Of a DNA stretch of 64,000 bases, positions 47,752 to 56,895 are shown piece by piece; position 1 is the stretch's first letter; every line of letters starts with the position of its first letter. The position numbers were made by a program, and so were the translations under genes. Source of the stretch: Candidatus Latescibacterota bacterium (GTDB taxonomy: Bacteria > Latescibacterota > UBA2968 > GCA-2709665); assembly GCA_965226795.1 (NCBI GenBank), contig CBDDDZ010000004.1, positions 384,001-448,000 of the forward strand, read 5' to 3'. The notes beneath the pieces are model-generated. The model was not told the origin of the DNA. It saw nothing but the letters and a program-made list of their open reading frames with translations, and searched no databases.

Positions 47752-50700
47752 ATGAGAAGGCAAAGGTTTATGACGGGCGCTGTGGCCGTGTTGTGGTCCG
47801 TGTTTTTTGTCGCCAGCGTGGTAACGGCCGCGACAACCGGTAAAATTGTGGGCCGGGTGACCGACGAGCAAGGAGAGCCCCTGCCGGGGGCCAGCGTGGC
47901 GATCGAAGAAACGCGGCTGGGGGGAACGACCGATGCGGATGGATTCTACGTCATCGTTTCCGTAACGCCCGGCCAGTACAAATTGACGGCTTCAATGGTG
48001 GGTTATCACTCGGTAGTCAAAGAGCAGGTGGCCGTGCGGGTGGACTTCACCACGACGATAGACTTCCAGCTTAGGGAGACCGAACTGGAACTGGAAGAGA
48101 TGGTGGTGGTCGCCGAGAGGCCGGCGGTCGACCCCGACAAGACGGACAGCCGTTATGTCGTGACCGCCGAGGAGATCAAGCGAACGCCCATTTTAAGGAA
48201 CGTCACCGAGGTTCTGGAATTGGAGCCGGGCTATGCCGTTGACGGCAGCGGCGCGATCCGTGGCTGGGTTGCGAGCCACAACGTGGTCTACGTCGACGGC
48301 GTCCCGGTATCCGGCAGGGACGGACGCGGCATTGGTGGTGGATGGGGCGACGGCGGCGAGAGGCAGTGGTACGGCGTCAACCTCAAGGCGGTGCAGGAGG
48401 TCTCGGTAATCACTGGCGGTATGAACGCCGAGTACGGCAACGCGCAGGCGGGCGTCATCCGGATTGTTACGCGCGACGGCGGCGCCGACTACCACGGCGA
48501 GGGGGAATATCGTCTCACCCCGGCCGGCAAGAAGCACTGGGGTACGGACGTCTACGAGGCGCCGGAGTTGCGGGGGAACGCGAAGTGGAACGATCCGGCC
48601 TGGACTTCCGAGGTGGAACCCGAGACGGGAAATCTGGTGCACCAGCGAACCAATTATACAGACTGGAGAGGCCACTACCTCGACGGATTTTTAAGCGGCC
48701 CCCTGTTCGGGCAGGCGTCCTTCTTCGCCAGCGCCCGGCACCAGCGCGACGCCGCCGTGCTTCCCGGCCCGTGGCGCACCCGCCCGCCGAACATCCGGAC
48801 CACGGCGAAGCTGACGGTCCCCGCCGGGCTGAACATGAAACTGCGGATCGGTTGGATTTACGACTGGTCGGAGGGAATCAACAACGGACGGCTGTCCAGG
48901 TACAGCTTCCCGAACATCCTCCGAGGACCCGGGCGGGATCTCTTCATTCCCGAGGGGTCGGTCGCCGGGACGGAATCCCAGTTGGACAACATGGTCTACG
49001 GCGTTCTCACCCATACCGTCAACCCCAGGACGTTCTACGAGGTGAGCGTGTCGCGCTACCGCAGCAGGACCGACACGAGCGGCGTGGGGAATGCAACCAC
49101 GGCCGTCAGGACCGACAGCGACGGGTTTTTCTACATCGGCCGGAATGACGTTAGGGCCTTCAAGGTCGGTGAACAGAACCGATACAGCGTGAAGGCCGAT
49201 CTGTCCAGCCAGGCGACTCGCGGACACTTTGCCAAGACCGGCTTTGAGTTCATGACGTTCGAGAACTGGTGGACGTGGACCGGCATGACGCCCGGCGACG
49301 CGAAGCGGGATATCCGTTACATCGGACAGCCCGAACCCGGCGAGGCCGTGACGCCCAGGCAGTTCAGTGTCTACGTCCAGGACAAGATGGAGTTTGAGGG
49401 GTTGATCGTCAACGTCGGACTGCGCTACGACCGCATGTGGGGTCAGGACGTTCAGTTGCTCCCGACGTTCACGTCGGGATGGTACAACGCGATGGATACC
49501 TTCATCCAGGCGCCCACGGGTCCCATGCGGCCCATATCCGGATGGAGCCCCAGGCTGGGAATCTCGCACCCCATCACGGCCAGGTCCAGTATGCACTTCT
49601 TCTACGGCCGGTATATGATGCTCCCCTCCTTCCGGCACCAGTTCGGCAGCCACTGGGAGACGGCCTCGGGTCCCGTGGGGATTCCGGGTGTACCATACAG
49701 TCAGTTCAATGCCAAGGACGAAAGCTACGGCGCGAACGTCGTCAGCCCGGTCTGGGACCGGGGGCATCCGACCAACAGCTTTGAGGTGGGCACCGACTGG
49801 AACTTCGTGAGCGACTACGTGCTCTCGCTGGCCGCCTTTTACAAGAGTGGCCAGTCCCAGAGCACGGGGATTTGGCACGACGCCGTCGACCCGGTGACCG
49901 GCAGGACAGGCGCCATCGGAGGCACGTACGGTTCCGAGCGCACGGAGGACGTCAAGGGCTTCGAGTTCAGCATGAGGAAGGGATTCAGCAACTATTTCTC
50001 GTTCCGGGCCGCATTGAACCTGGAGTGGCTGGAGGCCATCCACTGGCTGGGCTCTCCCGAATCCGTCGCGAGCATCCTGGTCTATCCCGATTCCAGCTTC
50101 ATCGCCAGCGGGAAGTACCATAAGGAATGGCGGGTATCAGGCAGCCGGAGGGAGCCGGTGCCGCTCACGCCCGATGAGATCCGGGAGCTTGGCCACAAGG
50201 CCAACGAGAACCTGAGAAAGGTCAGGAACGACCGGCTTGCCTTCAATAGTAGTGGTGCCGTGCCCGACATTCTGCCAGCGTGGGAAGCTTCGGGGGTGCC
50301 GGACGAGGCGAAGGATTACCTGCAGGGCATCTGGTATCAGAAGTTCTGGTTCAGTGCTGGAAACATCTTCACGCGGGGGCGCCGGAGCCAGGGCAGCCTG
50401 CAGATGTTCTTCTCTTCCCCGCTGGACTTCGGGCCGGGTAGAAAAATGGGCGGAGCCACGCTCCTGGGCGGCATCAACATCAACCTGATCTACCGGATCT
50501 ATACGGGGAATAAGTTCAATTACCTCAACCTGGAAGGGAAGAACACACCGGTGAGGGGCCCCCTGCACACGGAAGCCGATTTGAACGTGCAGAAGCATTT
50601 CCGCCTGGGGGGCGTGAATACCGACGTGTTTGTGGAAATGTTCAACGTGTTCAACCAGAGGGACGCGGGTAGCGTCACCAATACGGACTACATGTGGTGG

Positions 50701-50820
50701 GGGCTCCAGCAGCCCAGGCCGGACGATGCGAACTACCAGGCCTATGGGGACTTACAGGACCGCTCGCGCTACATCGGCAATCCCCGGATTACCCACGTGG
50801 GGATCAGGTTGAATTTCTGA
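47752..50820 (+). CDS. TonB-dependent receptor with N-terminal carboxypeptidase-regulatory-like domain
   Basis: TTGKIVGRVTD..GEPLPGASV, plug (YVDG..EVSVITGGMNAEYGNAQAGVI), YVQDKMEFEGLIVNVGLRYD, SPRLGISHPI, terminal GIRLNF. Confidence 0.92.
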   Translation: MRRQRFMTGAVAVLWSVFFVASVVTAATTGKIVGRVTDEQGEPLPGASVAIEETRLGGTTDADGFYVIVSVTPGQYKLTASMVGYHSVVKEQVAVRVDFTTTIDFQLRETELELEEMVVVAERPAVDPDKTDSRYVVTAEEIKRTPILRNVTEVLELEPGYAVDGSGAIRGWVASHNVVYVDGVPVSGRDGRGIGGGWGDGGERQWYGVNLKAVQEVSVITGGMNAEYGNAQAGVIRIVTRDGGADYHGEGEYRLTPAGKKHWGTDVYEAPELRGNAKWNDPAWTSEVEPETGNLVHQRTNYTDWRGHYLDGFLSGPLFGQASFFASARHQRDAAVLPGPWRTRPPNIRTTAKLTVPAGLNMKLRIGWIYDWSEGINNGRLSRYSFPNILRGPGRDLFIPEGSVAGTESQLDNMVYGVLTHTVNPRTFYEVSVSRYRSRTDTSGVGNATTAVRTDSDGFFYIGRNDVRAFKVGEQNRYSVKADLSSQATRGHFAKTGFEFMTFENWWTWTGMTPGDAKRDIRYIGQPEPGEAVTPRQFSVYVQDKMEFEGLIVNVGLRYDRMWGQDVQLLPTFTSGWYNAMDTFIQAPTGPMRPISGWSPRLGISHPITARSSMHFFYGRYMMLPSFRHQFGSHWETASGPVGIPGVPYSQFNAKDESYGANVVSPVWDRGHPTNSFEVGTDWNFVSDYVLSLAAFYKSGQSQSTGIWHDAVDPVTGRTGAIGGTYGSERTEDVKGFEFSMRKGFSNYFSFRAALNLEWLEAIHWLGSPESVASILVYPDSSFIASGKYHKEWRVSGSRREPVPLTPDEIRELGHKANENLRKVRNDRLAFNSSGAVPDILPAWEASGVPDEAKDYLQGIWYQKFWFSAGNIFTRGRRSQGSLQMFFSSPLDFGPGRKMGGATLLGGININLIYRIYTGNKFNYLNLEGKNTPVRGPLHTEADLNVQKHFRLGGVNTDVFVEMFNVFNQRDAGSVTNTDYMWWGLQQPRPDDANYQAYGDLQDRSRYIGNPRITHVGIRLNF

Positions 50821-50831
50821 CGCGGTTGAAC

Positions 50832-50849
50832 CCCTCCGGTAACGGAGGG
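50832..50849 (+). promoter_or_regulatory. Intra-operon stem-loop
   Basis: ccctccg-gtaa-cggaggg between the TBDR and the CTD gene; no U-tract. Confidence 0.35.
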
Positions 50850-50883
50850 CCCAACCCTGTTGGACATCTTTGAGGAGGTCTAG

Positions 50884-53166
50884 GTGATGAAAAAGATTAT
50901 GGTATGCGGGATGGTGTTCCTGGTTCTGGGCCTGCTGCTCTGGAGCGATGTCCCGGCGCAGGAGCTCCGGATCCAGTCCCGCGCGAAGGTGTGGGATATT
51001 TACTGGAACGTGGGCACCCAGGGGGTGCGGGCGGCCACACCGATGAGTTGGTACCGTCCCGTTGGCATGCAGTATCCCGGCTATCTGTGGACGCAGTACC
51101 CGAAGGAGTTTATCGACTACTGGAGTCAACGGAATTGGGGGCCGGGATCTCAGTGGAGGCGCTGGAACGGCGAAATGTGTGGCACGATGCCGGGTTGGAA
51201 CCAGTTCATCGCCACGCAGGTGGGAGGCGAGTTCCACGTCTCCGAGTCGAAAGCGACCCTGGAGTCGGAGGACGTGGTTGCAATGGGCTACGATCCTTCC
51301 CAGGGGCCTGAGATGAATATCGGCTACCGGAAGGTATCGCCCCTGGGTCCGGTCATGGCCAACTGGTGGCCGGGGCAGGCCCCTCCGGGCCCCAACGAGC
51401 CGGTGGAGATCCACAACTACCGGTACAGCGACTACATGGAGCCCGACAAAGACAATTTTCCGGAGAGCACTATCGTCAGCAAATGGACCACGCGCAACGG
51501 CATCACCGTTACCAAGAAGGCATACGCGTGGAGCTTCCCCGACTACGACGATTTTGAGATCCTGGAATACACGTTCGAGAACACCGGTGACTCCGATGGG
51601 GACGGTGCGGCCGATCTGGGCGGTGGAGGGCTGCAGCTCAACGACACGTTCTTCATCTTCTCGACCCGCTTCTACGTCTCCGGGTGCGGCCAGGGAAATT
51701 ATACGGGGAACTCCTACTTCAGGGCCACGGAACCGATAGCTCTGGACGACTGGTACAAGTACACGGAGGCGGCCAACTTCGACGGTCCGGGCGCGGCCAT
51801 GGGGTTGAAGATGTGGTACTCCTTTGATGGGGAAAATCCGGATCTACCCGGGGAGGACATCGGCAAGCCCTACAGCTCGAACCGGGCCTACGAGTCCTGG
51901 CACAACTGCTGCCTCAGGCACACGAAGGTGGAGGGGGAAATGGGGTCCTACCAGTACGTGGGCGCTGCACCGCTCGCGTACACGCCCGGGTCGGTGAACG
52001 ATCCGTCAACCTTCACCTACGACACCGGAGGCGATGGGAGCTTCGTGGCGCCACGGGTCGCGGACCAGCCCCACACCGTAAAGTGGTGGGACTATCGGGA
52101 CCGCACCGATTTCTCTGAACCCGGTTCGGAGAGCAGGAGTTCCGAGCAGATCTATACCGAACTGACGAGTCCTGCGCCATTCATAAAGGACAATCCCACC
52201 ACCATAGACGGGCTCACCGCTTCGTTCGCCTATGGCCCGTACGACCTGGCCCCCGGCGACAAGGTGAGAATCGTCTACGCCCTGGTGGCGGCCGCCCCGG
52301 TGGAGGAGAACATGTGGGGATGGGCCAAGCAAGGCAGACAGGAGGACATGTACACCGACAAGGCGATGGACAACCTGCTCAAACACCACAACGCGGCCAG
52401 CGACGCCTTCCGGTGGGGCTATGACCTGCCCGATCCTCCGCCGGACGTAAAGGTGGAGGCGACCGCCTCGGTCGACGGGTTCAACCTGGCGAAATGGACC
52501 GACGCGGGCGACGATGCGACCGATCCGGACTACTCGGGCGCCGAGGCCCAGGACATCGTGGGCTACCGGGTCTACCGGTCGGACTTCAAGGTTGACGACT
52601 GGAAACTCGTGGCCGAATTCCCCCTGAAGGATTCCCAATACTATAAGGGGGGCGGCTATGAATATGAGGACAGAAGGTCGGTGGCGGGATTCGAATATTA
52701 CTACCGCGTTGCGGCCTATGACTCGGGCCACGACGACTGGAACGGGACCGGGATGGCCATTCCCTCCTTAGAGGGCGGGAACAGCTCGCCCGAGCAGTGG
52801 GCGAACGGCGTGCTGACCAATATTCCGTTCGTACCGTCCAACGCGGCGGCGGACCAGATGCAGCGGGACGTGATCGTTGTACCCAACCCGCACAAGGCGG
52901 ACGGCGCTCACAACTACCCCACGGCGGGGTTGATGCGGTTTACCAACGTCCCCCAAAAGTGCATTATCCGGATCTATACGGTGGCCGGAGAGCTTGCCGC
53001 CGTGATCAGACACAACGATCCCAGCAGAGGCGAGGCCTCCTGGAACCAGATCCCCGACTCGCGCGGAGGGGGTGTGCCCGCGGGGGTTTATTACTGGGTG
53101 CTGGAATCGCAGATGCCGGGAAGCCAGGGCCAGACACAGTCGGGCACGTTGATGATCATCAAATAG
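50884..53166 (+). CDS. Exported protein with FN3 domain and T9SS type-A-like/FlgD-Ig C-terminal sorting domain
   Basis: Signal peptide; GYRVYRS..YYYRVAAYD; terminal VVPNP..RFTNVP..IRIYTVAGEL..W..GVYY..LMIIK. Confidence 0.8.
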   Translation: MMKKIMVCGMVFLVLGLLLWSDVPAQELRIQSRAKVWDIYWNVGTQGVRAATPMSWYRPVGMQYPGYLWTQYPKEFIDYWSQRNWGPGSQWRRWNGEMCGTMPGWNQFIATQVGGEFHVSESKATLESEDVVAMGYDPSQGPEMNIGYRKVSPLGPVMANWWPGQAPPGPNEPVEIHNYRYSDYMEPDKDNFPESTIVSKWTTRNGITVTKKAYAWSFPDYDDFEILEYTFENTGDSDGDGAADLGGGGLQLNDTFFIFSTRFYVSGCGQGNYTGNSYFRATEPIALDDWYKYTEAANFDGPGAAMGLKMWYSFDGENPDLPGEDIGKPYSSNRAYESWHNCCLRHTKVEGEMGSYQYVGAAPLAYTPGSVNDPSTFTYDTGGDGSFVAPRVADQPHTVKWWDYRDRTDFSEPGSESRSSEQIYTELTSPAPFIKDNPTTIDGLTASFAYGPYDLAPGDKVRIVYALVAAAPVEENMWGWAKQGRQEDMYTDKAMDNLLKHHNAASDAFRWGYDLPDPPPDVKVEATASVDGFNLAKWTDAGDDATDPDYSGAEAQDIVGYRVYRSDFKVDDWKLVAEFPLKDSQYYKGGGYEYEDRRSVAGFEYYYRVAAYDSGHDDWNGTGMAIPSLEGGNSSPEQWANGVLTNIPFVPSNAAADQMQRDVIVVPNPHKADGAHNYPTAGLMRFTNVPQKCIIRIYTVAGELAAVIRHNDPSRGEASWNQIPDSRGGGVPAGVYYWVLESQMPGSQGQTQSGTLMIIK

Positions 53167-53225
53167 GGGCAGATCTCTATTTCTGCACGGCTCAGGTCCA
53201 TACTGAAACTTAAGGAGAGTACACG

Positions 53226-54179
53226 ATGAAACGGACGTTGTGGATCGGACTGACAGCGGTGGTGATCTGCGGCCTGCTCTATCCACGGGGAGCAGATGCC
53301 CAGGATCAGAGGCGGCTCTCGCGGATGGTCCTTCCCGTACTGAAGATCGATCATGGAGCGCGTATGGCCGGTATGGGAGGTTCGTTTGTGGCCGTATCGG
53401 ACAATATCGATGCCATCTTTTCAAATCCATCCGGGTTGACGCATATCGAGGGTTCCGCGTTCACGCTCGGATACACCCGATGGCTGATGAACGACCACAT
53501 TCTGAACGGCGGCCTGGCCTTCAAGACCGGGTACGGGGTTGTGGGTTTGAGCGTGGTCACATTCAGACCCACGGGGTTCGAGGAGACAACCATTTTTCAG
53601 CCCACGGGCACGGGCCGGGAACCGGATATGGGCGATCTGTCCCTGGGCGTGGCCTACGCGAAAAAGCTGACGGACAAACTTTCGGTGGGCTCCTTGTTCC
53701 GCTGGACGCAGGAAACGCTGGACACGGACCGGTTGACTGCGTTCGACGTGTCGATTTCCACGCTGTTTTACACCGGTTTCAAGAGCCTTCGCCTGGGGAT
53801 GACGTTCGAGAACCTGGGCAGAGACGTCAAGGTGATCTCGTCGGTCGCGCATATGCCGGTGTCCTTCAGCACCGCGGCGGCAATGGAGATTTTCGGTTCC
53901 AGAGGCGACCCGGGGTATCTGACGTTGACGGGCGAGAACTACTACGCGACGGATTTCGCGGAGGTTCAGTACCGGGTGGGCACGGAGTTCTGGATCCAGA
54001 ACTCGTTCGCGTTGCGTGGAGGATATAAGATCAACTTCGACGAAGAGTCATGGACGCTCGGGGCCGGTTTGAAATTCACGATGGTGGACGGCCGTGTGGT
54101 GCAGGCGGATATCGCCTATGGCGATTTCGGCGCATACCTGAATGCCCCATTGAGGTTCACGCTGAGCGGGGCGTTCTGA
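53226..54179 (+). CDS. PorV/PorQ (UPF0164/FadL-like) outer-membrane barrel
   Basis: Signal peptide; LKIDHGARMAGMGG..AIFSNPSGL hallmark; ALRGGY; terminal Phe. Confidence 0.85.
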   Translation: MKRTLWIGLTAVVICGLLYPRGADAQDQRRLSRMVLPVLKIDHGARMAGMGGSFVAVSDNIDAIFSNPSGLTHIEGSAFTLGYTRWLMNDHILNGGLAFKTGYGVVGLSVVTFRPTGFEETTIFQPTGTGREPDMGDLSLGVAYAKKLTDKLSVGSLFRWTQETLDTDRLTAFDVSISTLFYTGFKSLRLGMTFENLGRDVKVISSVAHMPVSFSTAAAMEIFGSRGDPGYLTLTGENYYATDFAEVQYRVGTEFWIQNSFALRGGYKINFDEESWTLGAGLKFTMVDGRVVQADIAYGDFGAYLNAPLRFTLSGAF

Positions 54180-54204
54180 GTTTTCAGGTGGATTCGTGTG
54201 TAAG

Positions 54205-54242
54205 AGAAATGGCGGTCCCCCCGGGATTGCCATTTCTTTTTT
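54205..54242 (+). terminator. Rho-independent terminator closing the TBDR cassette
   Basis: agaaatggcggtccc-ccc-gggattgccatttct followed by a T-run. Confidence 0.8.
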
Positions 54243-54309
54243 CGTGAAGGATTCCATAAATTCCGCCACTATCCGGATCTCGTTACCATCGCGCCGATCG
54301 GGGGCTGTC

Positions 54310-55536
54310 GTGAGTCGATTTCAAACGATCTGTATGAATTGCGACGCGCCCCAACGGGACGCGACCGCCTCCAATTGCGACGTTTGTACCGGACCCCTGG
54401 GTTTTCGCTACAGCTATACCGATGTAAGCTGGGACGACCGCTTCGAGGGTTCCATGTGGCGCTACTGGCCACTCCTCCCGGTCGCCGGCCCTGACGGGGT
54501 CGTCACCCTTAAAGAGGGCGGTACTCCGCTGCTTCCCGCTCGCAGCTTTGAGGGATGTCCGGTCTATCTGAAGGACGAAACCCGTAATCCCACCGGGTCA
54601 CACAAAGACCGTTCTCTCTCGGTCGCAATCACACACGGAAAGTCCATTGGCGCGGATGTTTCCGTTATTGTGTCAACGGGAAGCGCCGGCATCTCGAACG
54701 CCGCGCTGGCGACCCGCGCCGGAATGCGCAGCGTGGTGGTCATGGCCGAGGGAACGCCGCCCGAACGGCTCTACCCGATGTTCGGCCTGGGCGCAACGCT
54801 TCTCGAGGTGAGTGCACAGATCGACCCGATCGTGGAAGGGGTTATTGCCGTCTGCCGCAGCCAGGGACTCTATCTGAGCACCACCAGCCGGAACTCCAAT
54901 CCGTACCAGTCCGAAGGGAACAAGACCATCGCCTACGAGATCGTGGAGGAACTTGGCAGGGCGCCGGACTGGGTGGTGGTTCCCGTGGGTGGCGGCGGTA
55001 CGGTTTCGGGTGTCTGGCGGGGGTTCCGGGATTGCCACGCGCTCGGGCTTATTGACTCCCTTCCCAGAATGATTGGCGTGGTTCCTCGTGACTACAACGC
55101 ACTCGAGTTAGCCTTCGAACGCGGGCTGGAACAATGGAAAGAGGTACTGGCGCTGCCCTATGACAACCCGCCGCCCTCAATTCTTGTGAAGCTTGCCCAC
55201 AGCTATCCCCCCGACGGAATGGAAGCCCTCCGGACCATACGTGCGTCGAGGGGAAATTTCATTTCCGTCACGGACGAGGAGGCCCTGACGGCCCAGGAAT
55301 TTTGCGGGCGGCAGGAAGGGCTGTTCGTGGAGCCGTCCACGGGTGCCTGCCTGGCCGGCACAGCCCGGCTGTTGGATTCGGGACGTGTGGATCCAGGGGA
55401 TCTCGTGGTTGCCCTCGTGAGCGGTTCCGGGTATCGCGAGACTGCCTGCACCATGGCCTCGCGCCCCCTGAAGAAGCAGGCAATTTCGATCGAGGAACTG
55501 TCCGGCACCCTTGCGGGCTTTGCCGGACCCGGGTGA
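54310..55536 (+). CDS. Threonine synthase-like fold-type II PLP enzyme
   Basis: N-term CxxC..CxxC, SMWRY, EGGTPL, NPTGSHKDR, EGNKTIAYE, VPVGGGG, EPST, SGSG. Confidence 0.82.
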   Translation: MSRFQTICMNCDAPQRDATASNCDVCTGPLGFRYSYTDVSWDDRFEGSMWRYWPLLPVAGPDGVVTLKEGGTPLLPARSFEGCPVYLKDETRNPTGSHKDRSLSVAITHGKSIGADVSVIVSTGSAGISNAALATRAGMRSVVVMAEGTPPERLYPMFGLGATLLEVSAQIDPIVEGVIAVCRSQGLYLSTTSRNSNPYQSEGNKTIAYEIVEELGRAPDWVVVPVGGGGTVSGVWRGFRDCHALGLIDSLPRMIGVVPRDYNALELAFERGLEQWKEVLALPYDNPPPSILVKLAHSYPPDGMEALRTIRASRGNFISVTDEEALTAQEFCGRQEGLFVEPSTGACLAGTARLLDSGRVDPGDLVVALVSGSGYRETACTMASRPLKKQAISIEELSGTLAGFAGPG

Positions 55537-55667
55537 ACGGCCCGGGCTTCCCATCCTCAATTGACCGAGTCGCCAGAATGGAACACCGGACAGGCATGAG
55601 CGGCGGCGAACGTGTTTAATCTGGACAATTCACAAAAAAGTAGTTTCCTTACTCAAGTCAACGAGAA

Positions 55668-55692
55668 GGGCAGACAGAAGTGTCTGCCCCAC
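55668..55692 (-). repeat. REP-like hairpin (GTGG + stem-loop)
   Basis: Minus strand gtggggcagacacttctgtctgccc; single copy in the window. Confidence 0.45.
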
Positions 55693-55832
55693 ATTCACAC
55701 ACGCTTCCTCAACGGCTCCACAAGCCATTGTGCGGGGTTGAGATGATTGATTCGCGAATAAGGGCAGTAAATCCAATCCACCTGTCCTGCCGGGAAGTGG
55801 CGCGGCTCGACGCTGGCGAAGGGACTGAATGC

Positions 55833-56855
55833 ATGTCCATGCATCTTGCGAAATGGCAGCGACGGGAAGAGCCGGTTCTGTCTGCCCTGACCACCCGGCA
55901 GGACTGGTGCCGGGTTGAACTCTACAATCCGACGGTGGTCCGCGTGGCGGACAGGTACATGATGTGGTACATCGCTCACAGTACCGCCACCCGTACAGAC
56001 GATTCGGTCGTGGGCTTCGCCGAGTCGGACGACGGAATCCACTGGAACGAGCACCCGGACAACCCCATCCTCACCCGCGACGATCTGCCCGCCTGCGACG
56101 CTTGGCAGACGCCCCATGTGATCTTCGACGCGGACGAGGGCCTGTACAAAATGTGGTTCATTATGTCGACCGTTGTCCGGGGCGGTCCAACCTGGCTCGT
56201 GAGCTTCACTCAACAGTTGGGTTACGCTTCAAGCCGCGACGGTCTGAAATGGGACGTTCATCCCGAGCCGATCTATCACAGCGGACGACGTCCGTGCGTG
56301 ATCAAGGACGGTCCCGGCGCCTACCGGATGTGGATGAACTCATCGCCGACGCCGGATGGAAGCTTCGACGATCTGGTCCGGCACATCTATCGATTCGAAT
56401 CCACCGACGGCATTGATTGGACGCGGGACCCCGAACCCGCCGTAAGCTTCAACGAGAAGCTCAGGGGCACAATCTATCCTTTCGTTATGCGGGACGGTGA
56501 CGGATATATCATGTGGTACGGGGCCTGGCCTGCCGAAGGCGAAGTGCTGATTGACGCGGGTGCCGACACCCCCCTGGTTCGCCCCGTATTCGAGATATAT
56601 TGTTCGACGTCCGCCGATGGCCTGAACTGGACCCACCACCAGGACACGCCCGCCCTGCCGGCGACGCGTAATCCCGTCGACTACGACGGGCGGTATACCT
56701 CCACGCCGTGTGTCGTCGACGGCGGGGACCGCTATCTGATGTACTATTCCGCCAGGGACTGGGGTACCCTCTATAGAACCGGAGCGGACACGCTGGGCAT
56801 CGATAAAGCCGGAATCTATCGTCACATCGGCGTGGCCGTGTGCCCCAGGACTTGA
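55833..56855 (+). CDS. Five-bladed beta-propeller glycosidase-like protein (GH32/43/130 clan-like)
   Basis: Repeats of P-x-V...YxMWY...ES-D-DG-I-x-W; paralogue of 61574-62851; start uncertain. Confidence 0.7.
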   Translation: MSMHLAKWQRREEPVLSALTTRQDWCRVELYNPTVVRVADRYMMWYIAHSTATRTDDSVVGFAESDDGIHWNEHPDNPILTRDDLPACDAWQTPHVIFDADEGLYKMWFIMSTVVRGGPTWLVSFTQQLGYASSRDGLKWDVHPEPIYHSGRRPCVIKDGPGAYRMWMNSSPTPDGSFDDLVRHIYRFESTDGIDWTRDPEPAVSFNEKLRGTIYPFVMRDGDGYIMWYGAWPAEGEVLIDAGADTPLVRPVFEIYCSTSADGLNWTHHQDTPALPATRNPVDYDGRYTSTPCVVDGGDRYLMYYSARDWGTLYRTGADTLGIDKAGIYRHIGVAVCPRT

Positions 56856-56866
56856 TATGTCGTCCA

Positions 56867-56885
56867 TAACAGTCCGTTGAAAAAG
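56867..56885. repeat. Solo end of MITE family B
   Basis: taacagtccgttgaaaaag identical (19 bp) to 35054-35072, with no partner end. Confidence 0.6.
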
Positions 56886-56895
56886 GGGAGAACGA

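Noticed and set aside
48691..50121. 476-aa minus-strand ORF
   Set aside because: Antisense shadow of the TonB-dependent receptor
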